From an uncultured Chroococcidiopsis sp. (GTDB taxonomy: Bacteria > Cyanobacteriota > Cyanobacteriia > Cyanobacteriales > Chroococcidiopsidaceae): DNA of 64,000 nucleotides. The number at the start of each line of letters is the position of its first letter. Position 1 is the first letter of the stretch. The notes under the pieces were generated by a model, which saw nothing but the letters and a program-made list of their open reading frames with translations, had not been told where the DNA came from and searched no databases. Of the stretch, positions 1-8,483 are shown one piece after another. Made by a program: the position numbers and the translations under genes. The stretch is from assembly GCA_964248365.1 (NCBI GenBank), contig CAXTYC010000002.1, positions 1 through 64,000 of the forward strand. Direction: 5' to 3'.

Positions 1-2
1 AA

Positions 3-197
3 AACTGTAGTCCTTATCCTGTATACCTCAGAGCTTTTCTTCGTGCCATTCGGACATATTACAAAGAAGAAGAAAGGTTAGACACGATCGCTTTGGCTGG
101 GGAGAGCCTGGGATTTATGCTTGCATTCTCGATACTGCTTGTCCTTGTCCCATTACTTATATATAGTCTTTTTAGCGATCGTCCCTTCATAAGTTAA
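3..197 (+). CDS. 3' end of a hypothetical membrane protein entering from the left edge
   Basis: Open frame from position 3 to TAA at 195-197, ending in a hydrophobic segment (LGFMLAFSILLVLVPLLIYSLF). Confidence 0.5.
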   Translation, partial: NCSPYPVYLRAFLRAIRTYYKEEERLDTIALAGESLGFMLAFSILLVLVPLLIYSLFSDRPFIS

Positions 198-483
198 AAG
201 ACATTTAATTTACTTAGAGCAATTACTGTCAGGTAGCATCGGGCAAGCTCCTTCATGGGATCGATGCAGATTAGCAAAGGCGAAACCGCCCTCTTCGACA
301 AAACGCGGTGGTTGATTTTTGACCAGTAGCCCTCCTTAATTCACATATATTGTATATTTCTCCTCTGGTTAGCAAGAGGTGCGATCGCGCTTCTTCGTGC
401 CAGCAGTCACCTCTTGGCAGAATGACTCCAATCTTACGCTGTGTCATTAAAACTACTTTCTTTTTACTTAACGGTAAATCTGC

Positions 484-645
484 TGCATAAAGCTCTCAAG
501 CCAGTCGTAATAACAAAATGAAGGGGTTTTAAACCAAAATCAACAACCTCCTGCATAAAAGTTATGAGTCATTCGTACTGAATAAATGAAGGAGTTTTAC
601 ACATAACAAAAAAAACTCCTGCATAAAACCAAAAAAGCCAACGTA
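484..645 (+). promoter_or_regulatory. Three tandem TGCATA-N16-CGTA elements (ECF-sigma-like promoters) at a 68-bp period
   Basis: TGCATA at 484, 552 and 620; CGTA at 506, 574 and 642; spacer is exactly 16 nt each time. Confidence 0.7.
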
Positions 646-736
646 ATAAACAACAAAGCTAAGCGTTAGGCAACACACAAAGGGTTCTACCCTTATAAAC
701 CAACCAACGAACTATTTGCAAAGGAAGTAACACAAC

Positions 737-1108
737 ATGACTACTAACACAATCAAAACAATTGCTAACTTACTCAAAGCTGGTTTAATCGGTTTCGTAG
801 CCGCTGCTGGATTCGGATTGCTAAGTGTGCCAGCTAAAGCTGATGAAGTCAATCAAGATAATGTGCAAACCAACCAGCAAGAGGGCAAATTTAATACTGG
901 TATTAACCAAAACGAGCAAAACGCCGCAATCCAAAAAAGAGAAACAAGAATCGGCGGACATTCTACCCGTGAAGGTTACTATGACTCAGATAGAGTTAAA
1001 CAAGGCTCAGATCAGTTAAACGATCAATTCGGTGGTGGTAACACTGCTGTGAATCAAAATCACCAAACTGGCAGAATTCAACGCGATCGCACTTCAATTG
1101 GTCGCTAA
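737..1108 (+). CDS. Secreted Q/N-rich protein with two curlin-like repeats
   Basis: Signal-peptide-like leader ending PAKA|D; two ~31-aa repeats including SDQLNDQFGGGNTAVNQ; AAGGAAG RBS-like motif upstream. Confidence 0.85.
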   Translation: MTTNTIKTIANLLKAGLIGFVAAAGFGLLSVPAKADEVNQDNVQTNQQEGKFNTGINQNEQNAAIQKRETRIGGHSTREGYYDSDRVKQGSDQLNDQFGGGNTAVNQNHQTGRIQRDRTSIGR

Positions 1109-1249
1109 ATCAACAGTATAATCGCCCAATCTGATTATTGGGCAACCATCCTCCTCACTTGGCTAATCTTGTTTTTCTGCAACTGTTGGTGATGGCAGGG
1201 TAAAACCCTCCAAGCCTTCCTCAAATTCAAGGCAAAGGAAGTAATTGAC

Positions 1250-1684
1250 ATGGTAAATATCACTTCAACTAAGACAGAAGTGAAATCTAGTAATCTGCTC
1301 AAAGCTTGTCTGCTTGGCTTTATCACCGCAGGAGGACTAGGATTGATTATTCTTCCAGTTGGGGCTGATGTAGTCAGTTCTAGCAGCGCCTCTAACAGTG
1401 CTACTGCTAGCGGTAACGGCAGCGTTAGACAAAGTATTCGCCAAACTAATATTCAACGCAGTGATGGCAAAGGAAATAGTATCTCTATCCAAGATGCCAG
1501 AAACAATGGCACTGCTACTGGCGACGACAATCATATAGATCAAAATATTGAGCAATCGAATGATACTCAGGTGAGTGATGGTGAGGATCACACCTCGCGT
1601 CAAAATGCCGAGAACAATGCTCATACCAGAGGTAGTAACAACCGCATCGAACAACAAATCAACCAAAATATTTTGCGGCGTTAA
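1250..1684 (+). CDS. Secreted Q/N/S-rich protein with three imperfect repeats
   Basis: Leader similar to 737 and 1817 (NLLKAxLxGF); repeats ATGDDNHIDQNIEQ and TRGSNNRIEQQINQ; same CAAAGGAAGTAA motif before the start. Confidence 0.8.
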   Translation: MVNITSTKTEVKSSNLLKACLLGFITAGGLGLIILPVGADVVSSSSASNSATASGNGSVRQSIRQTNIQRSDGKGNSISIQDARNNGTATGDDNHIDQNIEQSNDTQVSDGEDHTSRQNAENNAHTRGSNNRIEQQINQNILRR

Positions 1685-1732
1685 TTTCCTCCCTCCTGAT
1701 ATTGATGTTGTACTCAAAACCAACTTGAATTT

Positions 1733-1758
1733 TGCATAAAAGCAAGAAAGCCAACGTA
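1733..1758 (+). promoter_or_regulatory. Fourth TGCATA-N16-CGTA element
   Basis: TGCATA 1733-1738 and CGTA 1755-1758, 58 nt upstream of the 1817 start. Confidence 0.7.
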
Positions 1759-1816
1759 GATTACTGTAACGTCACCCAAATCAACTAAAAACAATTTCCA
1801 AAGGAAGTAACACAAC

Positions 1817-2209
1817 ATGACAACTAACACAATCAAAACTACTGCTAACTTACTCAAAGCTGGTTTAATTGGCTTCGTGGCTGCTGCTGGATTTGGATTG
1901 CTCACTGTGCCAGCTAAAGCTGATGAGATTAACCAGGATTCTGTGCAAACCACACAGCAAGATGGTGTCAATAACACTGCTGTGAATCAATCTACCCAAA
2001 ATGCACAAATCAAAGATTCTGCCAGAAGAGTTGGACGCACTGGCTTTGCTCCCTCTGAGCCTGATGTAATTAAACAACGCTCAGATCAGTTGAACGATCA
2101 AATCGGCGAAGGCAACACCGCTGTGAACCAAAACAACCAGGACGCTTCTATCAATAAAAATACCCGCGAGATCAACGTCCGCCGCGAACGTAGACATTAC
2201 CAATACTAA
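1817..2209 (+). CDS. Secreted Q/N-rich curlin-like repeat protein, paralog of 737-1108
   Basis: Leader nearly identical to 737; repeats SVQTTQQDGVNNTAVNQ and SDQLNDQIGEGNTAVNQ. Confidence 0.85.
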   Translation: MTTNTIKTTANLLKAGLIGFVAAAGFGLLTVPAKADEINQDSVQTTQQDGVNNTAVNQSTQNAQIKDSARRVGRTGFAPSEPDVIKQRSDQLNDQIGEGNTAVNQNNQDASINKNTREINVRRERRHYQY

Positions 2210-2568
2210 GTCGCTACCTGGTACGGGCGAACTGGCGACCTTCGCCCCTATATGCCCCACCTAATTTTCTACAACTATGATAATCGCGGGGTTTTTCCTC
2301 TATCTCAACCCCCATTTATAAGACTTCTTGCCCCTTCGCGGGAAAAGGGAAAAGGGAAAAGGGACTTGGTATTAATTTTCCATTTCCCTTTCACCTTTAA
2401 CCTTTTACCACCAGGCACTAATTGCTAGACAATCTTTCTCACGCCCACCCTTAGATAATTGAGAGTAACGCTAAGGCAATACTCATTAGTAGGTTAAAAA
2501 CAGGTTTTGTCGGTTGCCTAAACGAAAGCATAGAAAAACCGATTTCCTATTTAGGAAGGAATCAATTA

Positions 2569-2940
2569 ATGATTACCAAGCAGTCAATTTCATTACTAAT
2601 TTTGTCTGCTTTTCTAGTACTACCAAGTGGAATTGCTAAAGCAGGCGACGTTGATGTTCAAACTGGCAATATGCGGACAACTATTAGTCAGGATTGGGAC
2701 ATTAGCGTCAAAAATGGCGGATCTGAAGTAATTATCAACCGCGATCGCACATCTCCAAATATTCGCCGCCAGCGAATCTACAACCGCATCAAAAATAGAA
2801 CTTGGCGCGGTTATCCTCAAGTTCGCCGCACTCAAAACACTTGTAGAAGTGGCAATTATAGCTATCAAAGCTCTCAAACAACTGTTTCTAGCAATGGCGT
2901 TAGCCGCACTCGCAGTTCTGAATCTACAGTGTGTAACTAG
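2569..2940 (+). CDS. Secreted hypothetical protein (Arg-rich middle, two C-terminal Cys)
   Basis: Signal peptide ending IAKA|G; AGGAAGGA RBS. Confidence 0.75.
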   Translation: MITKQSISLLILSAFLVLPSGIAKAGDVDVQTGNMRTTISQDWDISVKNGGSEVIINRDRTSPNIRRQRIYNRIKNRTWRGYPQVRRTQNTCRSGNYSYQSSQTTVSSNGVSRTRSSESTVCN

Positions 2941-2977
2941 CTAACTTCATTTTTTGGATTTTTACCAGGAGGTAAAA

Positions 2978-3358
2978 GTGTTCAAATTTTTGTCCTTGGG
3001 CTTATTCTCAATTTCGGCTTTATTTACCCTAGCTGCTACCACCATTAAACCCGCGAGTGCTGTCTGCACAACCACTGATGTCAATGTTCAAGTTGCTGTC
3101 TCAAAAAATCCAGCACAACAAGACAATGATGTAGCAGTGGACAGGGATAAAGATTGCTTCAACAACAATAGCACCCACACCTCAACTCAAGTCGGCAAAG
3201 GTGAAAATGTCAGACAAACACGTAGAAGCGAATATCGTCAGGGTGGTAGTGGGTATGATAAACTGCATGAACTAGGAGTAGAAACTCCCAACATTGACAC
3301 TGGTGTCGATGTGAGAGTTAATGTTCCCAATGCAGAAGGCGCTCTGCAACGTCGTTAA
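2978..3358 (+). CDS. Secreted hypothetical protein with two Cys
   Basis: GTG start at 2978 after GGAGGT; signal peptide ending PASA|V; mature region VCTTTDVNVQVAV...DCFNNNSTHTSTQV. Confidence 0.75.
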   Translation: MFKFLSLGLFSISALFTLAATTIKPASAVCTTTDVNVQVAVSKNPAQQDNDVAVDRDKDCFNNNSTHTSTQVGKGENVRQTRRSEYRQGGSGYDKLHELGVETPNIDTGVDVRVNVPNAEGALQRR

Positions 3359-3442
3359 ATTCAAGTTTCAATTTACCCTCCTCTAGTTTCCAGGCGATCG
3401 CCTGGAAGCTTACCTGTATATTGAAGTTTATTCTAGATCTGC

Positions 3443-3479
3443 TGCCCCTTTTTTACCTTAGTTTTTCGTAAAAGGGGCA
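3443..3479 (+). terminator. Stem-loop after the small secreted-protein genes (possible terminator)
   Basis: TGCCCCTTTT ... AAAAGGGGCA inverted repeat. Confidence 0.45.
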
Positions 3480-3631
3480 AGTGGTGTTGTATCTAGTTAA
3501 ATACACGAGGGCGATCGCAACTAAGGAGGCTACCACTTGCTCTCAGGTTCAACCTGGCAGTCAAATAACTAAGGCTCTGCCTTAGTTTAAAACTAATGAA
3601 TTCTAAGTTTTTTAAACTCTGAATAAAAAGT

Positions 3632-4144
3632 ATGTCTATTTCTACAATATTCGCAATTTTCTTGGTAGCTTCTAATTATACTGCTTCGTTTCAAAACTTT
3701 ATAGCCATCAAAGAAAATAATTTTATTAAATCAGTTCACCACAATAAAACTACCATGAACCATTTTAGTAATTTTGCCTATTCAAGCAGTTTTACTACTG
3801 CTCAAGCACAAAGTTCATTTCAACAGCAAACAACTGGTGTAAGCATTAACTTAAATGATTTAAAAACACCTCATATATTGAGTATTAATACTACAGAAAA
3901 TGCTCAATTGAGCGGAGAAGTTACTATAGACAGTGTAGTAATTAAAAAATTGCAAGGCAGTCAAATGAAATTTGACTTATCCCCTTATCTGGCAAAAGGA
4001 GTCAAGAAAGTCGAAATTTCAGGTAATTATAAACCTGCATCGTCCTCAGTTAAAATTGAATTTTCAGGTCTTAGCACCCAGGTAACACAACAAATGAGGG
4101 GTAATGGCACATTAAGACAAACTCTAATTGTTAGTGTACATTAA
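3632..4144 (+). CDS. Hypothetical exported protein with a beta-rich C-terminal domain
   Basis: 170-aa ORF with a hydrophobic N-terminus and alternating beta-strand patterns in the C-terminal ~110 aa. Confidence 0.7.
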   Translation: MSISTIFAIFLVASNYTASFQNFIAIKENNFIKSVHHNKTTMNHFSNFAYSSSFTTAQAQSSFQQQTTGVSINLNDLKTPHILSINTTENAQLSGEVTIDSVVIKKLQGSQMKFDLSPYLAKGVKKVEISGNYKPASSSVKIEFSGLSTQVTQQMRGNGTLRQTLIVSVH

Positions 4145-4259
4145 TTATCTTGTTGTTGGCACAATTAAACAACGATAAGGGCTTACGAATATTAAGGCAA
4201 CGTACTTAATAGTATAGCAGCTCGTCTTATAGATTAGGACAAGTCAATTTACTAATCTA

Positions 4260-4319
4260 CTCCCTCTCTTACCTCGTTCCGCGCCGAGGAAACCTCCGCG
4301 CTTGTCTTCGCGCTACTCC
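4260..4319. repeat. 60-bp small dispersed repeat, copy 1
   Basis: 56/60 identical to 60013-60072; contains a GAGG-AAA-CCTC hairpin. Confidence 0.8.
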
Positions 4320-4354
4320 TTACTCTCTACTTTCTAAAAGTCGCAGGGGTTGAA

Positions 4355-5593
4355 ATGGCTGATGATAGCAATAACTCCAATTTTTTGAGAATTGTCTATA
4401 CTAAGGTAAAAACCAACGGAAAAACAGAATTAGTTCCGCTAAAACTTTATACGGAAGTTCCGCTTGAAGAAATTACATTACCTGCCTCTGTGACAACAGA
4501 AGCAGCCATACCCCTAGGGACAATAATCAGCAACCACTATTTAATTCGGAGAGTTTTGGGGCAAGGTGGTTTTGGTCGCACATACCTAGCATCTGATCTA
4601 CATTGTTTTAATAAATATTGTGTTCTAAAAGAGTTTTTACCGAACTTAATAGAAGAAAGTTATCAACAAAAATCTCGTGATTTATTTGAAAGAGAAGCAA
4701 AAATATTATATCAAATAAATCACCCTCAAATTCCAAAGTTTCAAGCTTGTTTTGAAGACAAGGGACGAATGTTTTTAGTACAAGAATATGTGGAGGGTAA
4801 AACCTACTCGGCTCTTTTGAAAGAGCGCATTTCTCAGCAAAATAAAGCCTTTGATGAAACTGAAATAATCCAGTGGCTAAAGGATATACTACCTGTTTTA
4901 GATTATATTCATCAGCATAACATTATTCACCGAGATATTTCTCCTGATAATATCATCCAAGATAGTGGTAAAAATTTGCCTGTATTGATAGATTTTGGTG
5001 TGGGTAAGCAGAGTATAGAGCAGTCTAACTCAAATTCTTCTTATGCAAGGCAGAAATCAGTAGTAGGAAAACTTGGCTATGCTCCCGCTGAACAAATTTG
5101 TCTAGGGCAATGTTTTCCCAGCAGCGATCTTTATGCATTAGGTGTTACTGCTGTTGTTCTGTTGACAGGTAAAGCACCAGAAGTTTTACTGGATCGGTAT
5201 TCTCTAGAGTGGCAATGGCAAAACTACATCAGTGTTAGTCCCACTTTAGCTGAAGTTTTAAACAAAATGCTAGCGGATAAGCCGAAGCACCGTTATCATT
5301 GTGCAATAGATGTTCTCAATGCTCTTGGGCTTTCAAAATCGACTAGGGTTACGGCTGTAAATCAAGTTGCCCAAAACATAGCATTGGATAAGCAACAAGT
5401 ATTACTTAATTCGGCTTTTATAGAACTTTGTCAACAAGAATTAGCTAATTGTATAGGTCCGATCGCGGGGTTTCTAATTCAAAATATATTAAACAAAAAT
5501 CCAGTCATATCTGCCCAAACATTAGTTGAGGAATTAGTAGCACACATTCCCAATCCACAATCTGCGCTCGCATTTCGCCACCGTGTACTTTGA
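4355..5593 (+). CDS. Serine/threonine protein kinase (Hanks type)
   Basis: LGQGGFGRTY, VLKE, HRDISPDN, DFG and GYAPAEQ motifs; small C-terminal helical domain. Confidence 0.93.
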   Translation: MADDSNNSNFLRIVYTKVKTNGKTELVPLKLYTEVPLEEITLPASVTTEAAIPLGTIISNHYLIRRVLGQGGFGRTYLASDLHCFNKYCVLKEFLPNLIEESYQQKSRDLFEREAKILYQINHPQIPKFQACFEDKGRMFLVQEYVEGKTYSALLKERISQQNKAFDETEIIQWLKDILPVLDYIHQHNIIHRDISPDNIIQDSGKNLPVLIDFGVGKQSIEQSNSNSSYARQKSVVGKLGYAPAEQICLGQCFPSSDLYALGVTAVVLLTGKAPEVLLDRYSLEWQWQNYISVSPTLAEVLNKMLADKPKHRYHCAIDVLNALGLSKSTRVTAVNQVAQNIALDKQQVLLNSAFIELCQQELANCIGPIAGFLIQNILNKNPVISAQTLVEELVAHIPNPQSALAFRHRVL

Positions 5594-5746
5594 GTCGGCA
5601 TAGGATGAAAAATTGCTAATTTTGCTGGCTCTAATCCTGACATGAACTACTACTAAAAGCTAGACTTGAGCAATCTTTTTGTTAGGTGGCGCAAAGGGTG
5701 TAAATCTACCGCTTTGCTATTCATTATTTTATTGGAGAAAACAGCA

Positions 5747-6859
5747 ATGAAATTACATTTGAGCCTGCAAGCAGTAGCGCTCGCTTTGGGCTTGGGCTTG
5801 CTAGCAACTGGAGAAGTTAACGCCAAGCCTGTCAAATATAGCTTTACCCAAATTGCTAACACCAGTGGTAACTTTAGCAGCCTCGGTGTTCCCGTTATCA
5901 ATAACTTGGGAATTGTTGGTTTTACGGCTGGATTAAATCGAGGAGGAAAAGGTGTTTTCAGTAGCAATGGTAATACAACAACTACCATTGCCGACACCAA
6001 TAGCAACTTTAAATACTTAGGTGATGATATCTCGATTAATGATACTGGAACTGTGGCGTTTATGGGTTCCCAGAATCAACCAAATCCTCAGTCAGTTGGA
6101 GTTTATACCAGCAATGGCAGAACATTGAAACCTATCATCACTACTCCTACTACTGATGAAAACGGTGTGGGATTTAGAGCTAATTCTTTTGAAGAAGTAT
6201 CAATAAATAATGCCGGAACTGTAGCTTTGATTGAAACTATCTCATCACGGGTGCAGGTTGTCCTCACAAGTGACGGTAGTAACACTAAGAAAATATCTGC
6301 ATCTGATCCTCCCCGCAAAAGTGGAGTACAGATTAATGATGTTGGTACTGTAGTTTACAGCTATGATATTTTCGGAATTTATACTGGAGATAGCTCTACA
6401 ACTCCTCCCATTGCCACTGCTAGCGGGTTTTCTGACGGCAAAGTGAATTTTGTTGCTAGTCCCTCGCTCAACAATACTGGCGCTTTTGCTTATGTTAGTG
6501 GAGTTGCAGATGAAGCAAAAAATTCAATCATAGAAAGCAAAGTTTTGCTCAAAAGAGGTGATAAAATAATCACAGTTGCTGATACAAATGCTGATTTTAG
6601 TAGCTTTGGTAATACCTCAATTAACGATAGAGGAAAAGTAGCTTTTATAGCTAACCTCGATGCCGGAGGTGAAGGAATATATACTGGTAATAATCTCAAA
6701 ACTAATAAAGTCATTGCTACTGGGGATAGTCTGTTTGGTTCCACAGTAGTAGACTTAGATTTTTCCCCAGAAGGGCTGAATAATTTGGGTCAAATTACGT
6801 TTGTTGCCAAACTTGCTAATAATACTCAGGTTGTTGCCCGTACTAACTTGAAGCAATAG
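5747..6859 (+). CDS. Secreted NxxGxxAF tandem-repeat (probable beta-propeller) protein
   Basis: ATG 5747 after GGAG; signal peptide; repeats INNLGIVGF, INDTGTVAF, INNAGTVAL, LNNTGAFAY, INDRGKVAF, LNNLGQITF. Confidence 0.8.
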   Translation: MKLHLSLQAVALALGLGLLATGEVNAKPVKYSFTQIANTSGNFSSLGVPVINNLGIVGFTAGLNRGGKGVFSSNGNTTTTIADTNSNFKYLGDDISINDTGTVAFMGSQNQPNPQSVGVYTSNGRTLKPIITTPTTDENGVGFRANSFEEVSINNAGTVALIETISSRVQVVLTSDGSNTKKISASDPPRKSGVQINDVGTVVYSYDIFGIYTGDSSTTPPIATASGFSDGKVNFVASPSLNNTGAFAYVSGVADEAKNSIIESKVLLKRGDKIITVADTNADFSSFGNTSINDRGKVAFIANLDAGGEGIYTGNNLKTNKVIATGDSLFGSTVVDLDFSPEGLNNLGQITFVAKLANNTQVVARTNLKQ

Positions 6860-6967
6860 CCGAAATAATACAGTAAAGCATGGCAGTGCCAATGCCCCAA
6901 CTGCCATGCCCGTACCGATAACCAGTTACTGATCACTGGTAACTGGGAAAGACGTAGCACTGCTACT

Positions 6968-8239
6968 CTACTGGTAACTGTTGTTGATGGCTGATTGTGG
7001 ACCTACTAAAGACACATAGGGTTGAAGTAAATACTTACAAGCTGCCTGATTTGCTTCGGCTACTGTCACACTAGCAACCTGTTGCTGAAATTGAGTATCA
7101 AACTCAATACCCAGTCCTAGTATTTCATACCAGCCAAATACTTGGGCAATTTGTCCATTGGTTTGTTTACCCAGGGCATATTGTCCTAATAGCTTGTTTT
7201 TAGCCGTCTGCAAGTCTTCTGCACTCAATTGTTCATGACACAGCAGCTCGACTTCTGTTTGCAGTTTGGTAAGTGCGATCGCTGTATTTTCTGGTGCTGT
7301 CCCTATATATACTACAAACGTGGCTGGTTCTTTGCGTGTCGGATAAAACGCCGAAACTTCGTAAGCTAAACCCAGCTTCTCGCGTAATTCTACAAACAAG
7401 CGACTAGAAAGCCCATTTCCCAAGTACGTAGAAAGTAATTTCAAAGCAGTGTAGTCTGCTTGTTGTACTGGTGGAGTCAAATACCCCAGCATAACTATAG
7501 ATTGCTGAGTCTGTTGTGCGATCTTGCGACTTGTTGGCTGGCTCGTGATTCGGGGTAGTTTCGGCTGTGGTAAGGGAGTTGGTGGCGCTTGCCAGTCGCC
7601 AAAAACTTTTTCTATTAAAGCAACGGCAGCATCTACTGTTATTCTACCAGCCAGACTGATTACTATATTGTCTGGACGGAAATATGTCTGATGAAATTGT
7701 TGGATATCAGTGCGGCTGAGCGAGGAAACAGTTTCTTCCCAACCCAAGCCAGAAGAGGCGTAGGGATGATTTTGGTAGATTGCTTGCCGTAATTGATCGA
7801 AGGCGATGCTAAAAGGCTGCTCTTGCTGGGAACGAATATGTTGTATAGTCAAACGCCGCTCTAGTTCTACTTCCTCATCTGGAAAATTTGGCGATCGCAA
7901 CAAACTCCCTGCTAACTCCAAAATGTTAGCAAAATCCAAGGTTACAGTTTTCAGACTTAGTAAAAAATAATCAGTAGCCGCATCAGCACTTAAACTAGCT
8001 CCTACAGATTCGATTTTCTCGGCAATTTCCATAGAAGATAGTTCATTCGTTCCTTTTGTCATCACTGCCGATAACAGATGTGCCACCCCAGCTTTTTCTC
8101 TTGTTTCCCAACAACTACCTGCTCGGACAAAAATGCGAGTAGCAATAATATCTGCCGCCGAATTTTCTGCCACTAGCACCACCATGCCATTAGGCAAAAC
8201 AGTGCGATGAATAGTTTTATTTTGTAGCGAACTTGTCAC
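6968..8239 (-). CDS. M16 family peptidase, non-catalytic subunit
   Basis: M16 features (LSSRLFVELREKLGLAY); AHLLSAV in place of HxxEH. Confidence 0.88.
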   Translation of the reverse strand: MTSSLQNKTIHRTVLPNGMVVLVAENSAADIIATRIFVRAGSCWETREKAGVAHLLSAVMTKGTNELSSMEIAEKIESVGASLSADAATDYFLLSLKTVTLDFANILELAGSLLRSPNFPDEEVELERRLTIQHIRSQQEQPFSIAFDQLRQAIYQNHPYASSGLGWEETVSSLSRTDIQQFHQTYFRPDNIVISLAGRITVDAAVALIEKVFGDWQAPPTPLPQPKLPRITSQPTSRKIAQQTQQSIVMLGYLTPPVQQADYTALKLLSTYLGNGLSSRLFVELREKLGLAYEVSAFYPTRKEPATFVVYIGTAPENTAIALTKLQTEVELLCHEQLSAEDLQTAKNKLLGQYALGKQTNGQIAQVFGWYEILGLGIEFDTQFQQQVASVTVAEANQAACKYLLQPYVSLVGPQSAINNSYQ

Positions 8240-8483
8240 AGTTACTTATCCGTTATGTGTTAGGGGCTAGGGGCTGGGGGCTGGAGGCTAGGGGAAAGGG
8301 TAAGGGTAAAGGGAAAAGGGAAAGAGTGAAGGGTAAAGGTTAAAGAGGTATTGCGGTAAGATGCAGTTCGAGCTACCCTTACCCTCTACCCCTACCCTTC
8401 ATACTTCACACTTCACACTTCACACTTCACACTTCATCCAATTCCAGCGCCCCTAGCCCCTAGTTCCTAACCCCTCTTTTAGG

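Noticed and set aside
209..340. Minus-strand 38-codon frame starting at CTG after AAGGAGG; GGCGAAACC looked briefly like a c-di-GMP riboswitch
   Set aside because: Non-canonical start and no recognisable motif; the GACGCAAA element and second stem of the riboswitch are absent
481..690. 68-bp periodic units as a CRISPR-like array
   Set aside because: Conservation is limited to short promoter-like boxes; there is no identical 25-40 bp direct repeat and no cas gene
1337..2077. Minus-strand ORFs 1337-1723, 1714-1977 and 1865-2077
   Set aside because: Antisense shadows of the plus-strand secreted genes
737..2209. Conserved leader plus variable core interpreted as RiPP precursors
   Set aside because: The leader looks like a Sec signal ending A-x-A with no double-glycine site; cores are long and repeat-structured; no modifying enzymes are nearby
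8260..8480. GGGGCTA, GGGAAAA and TTCACAC tandem runs (similar runs at 2340, 10340, 37400-37550, 50730, 56420)
   Set aside because: Ordinary cyanobacterial short tandem repeats; neither CRISPR nor coding
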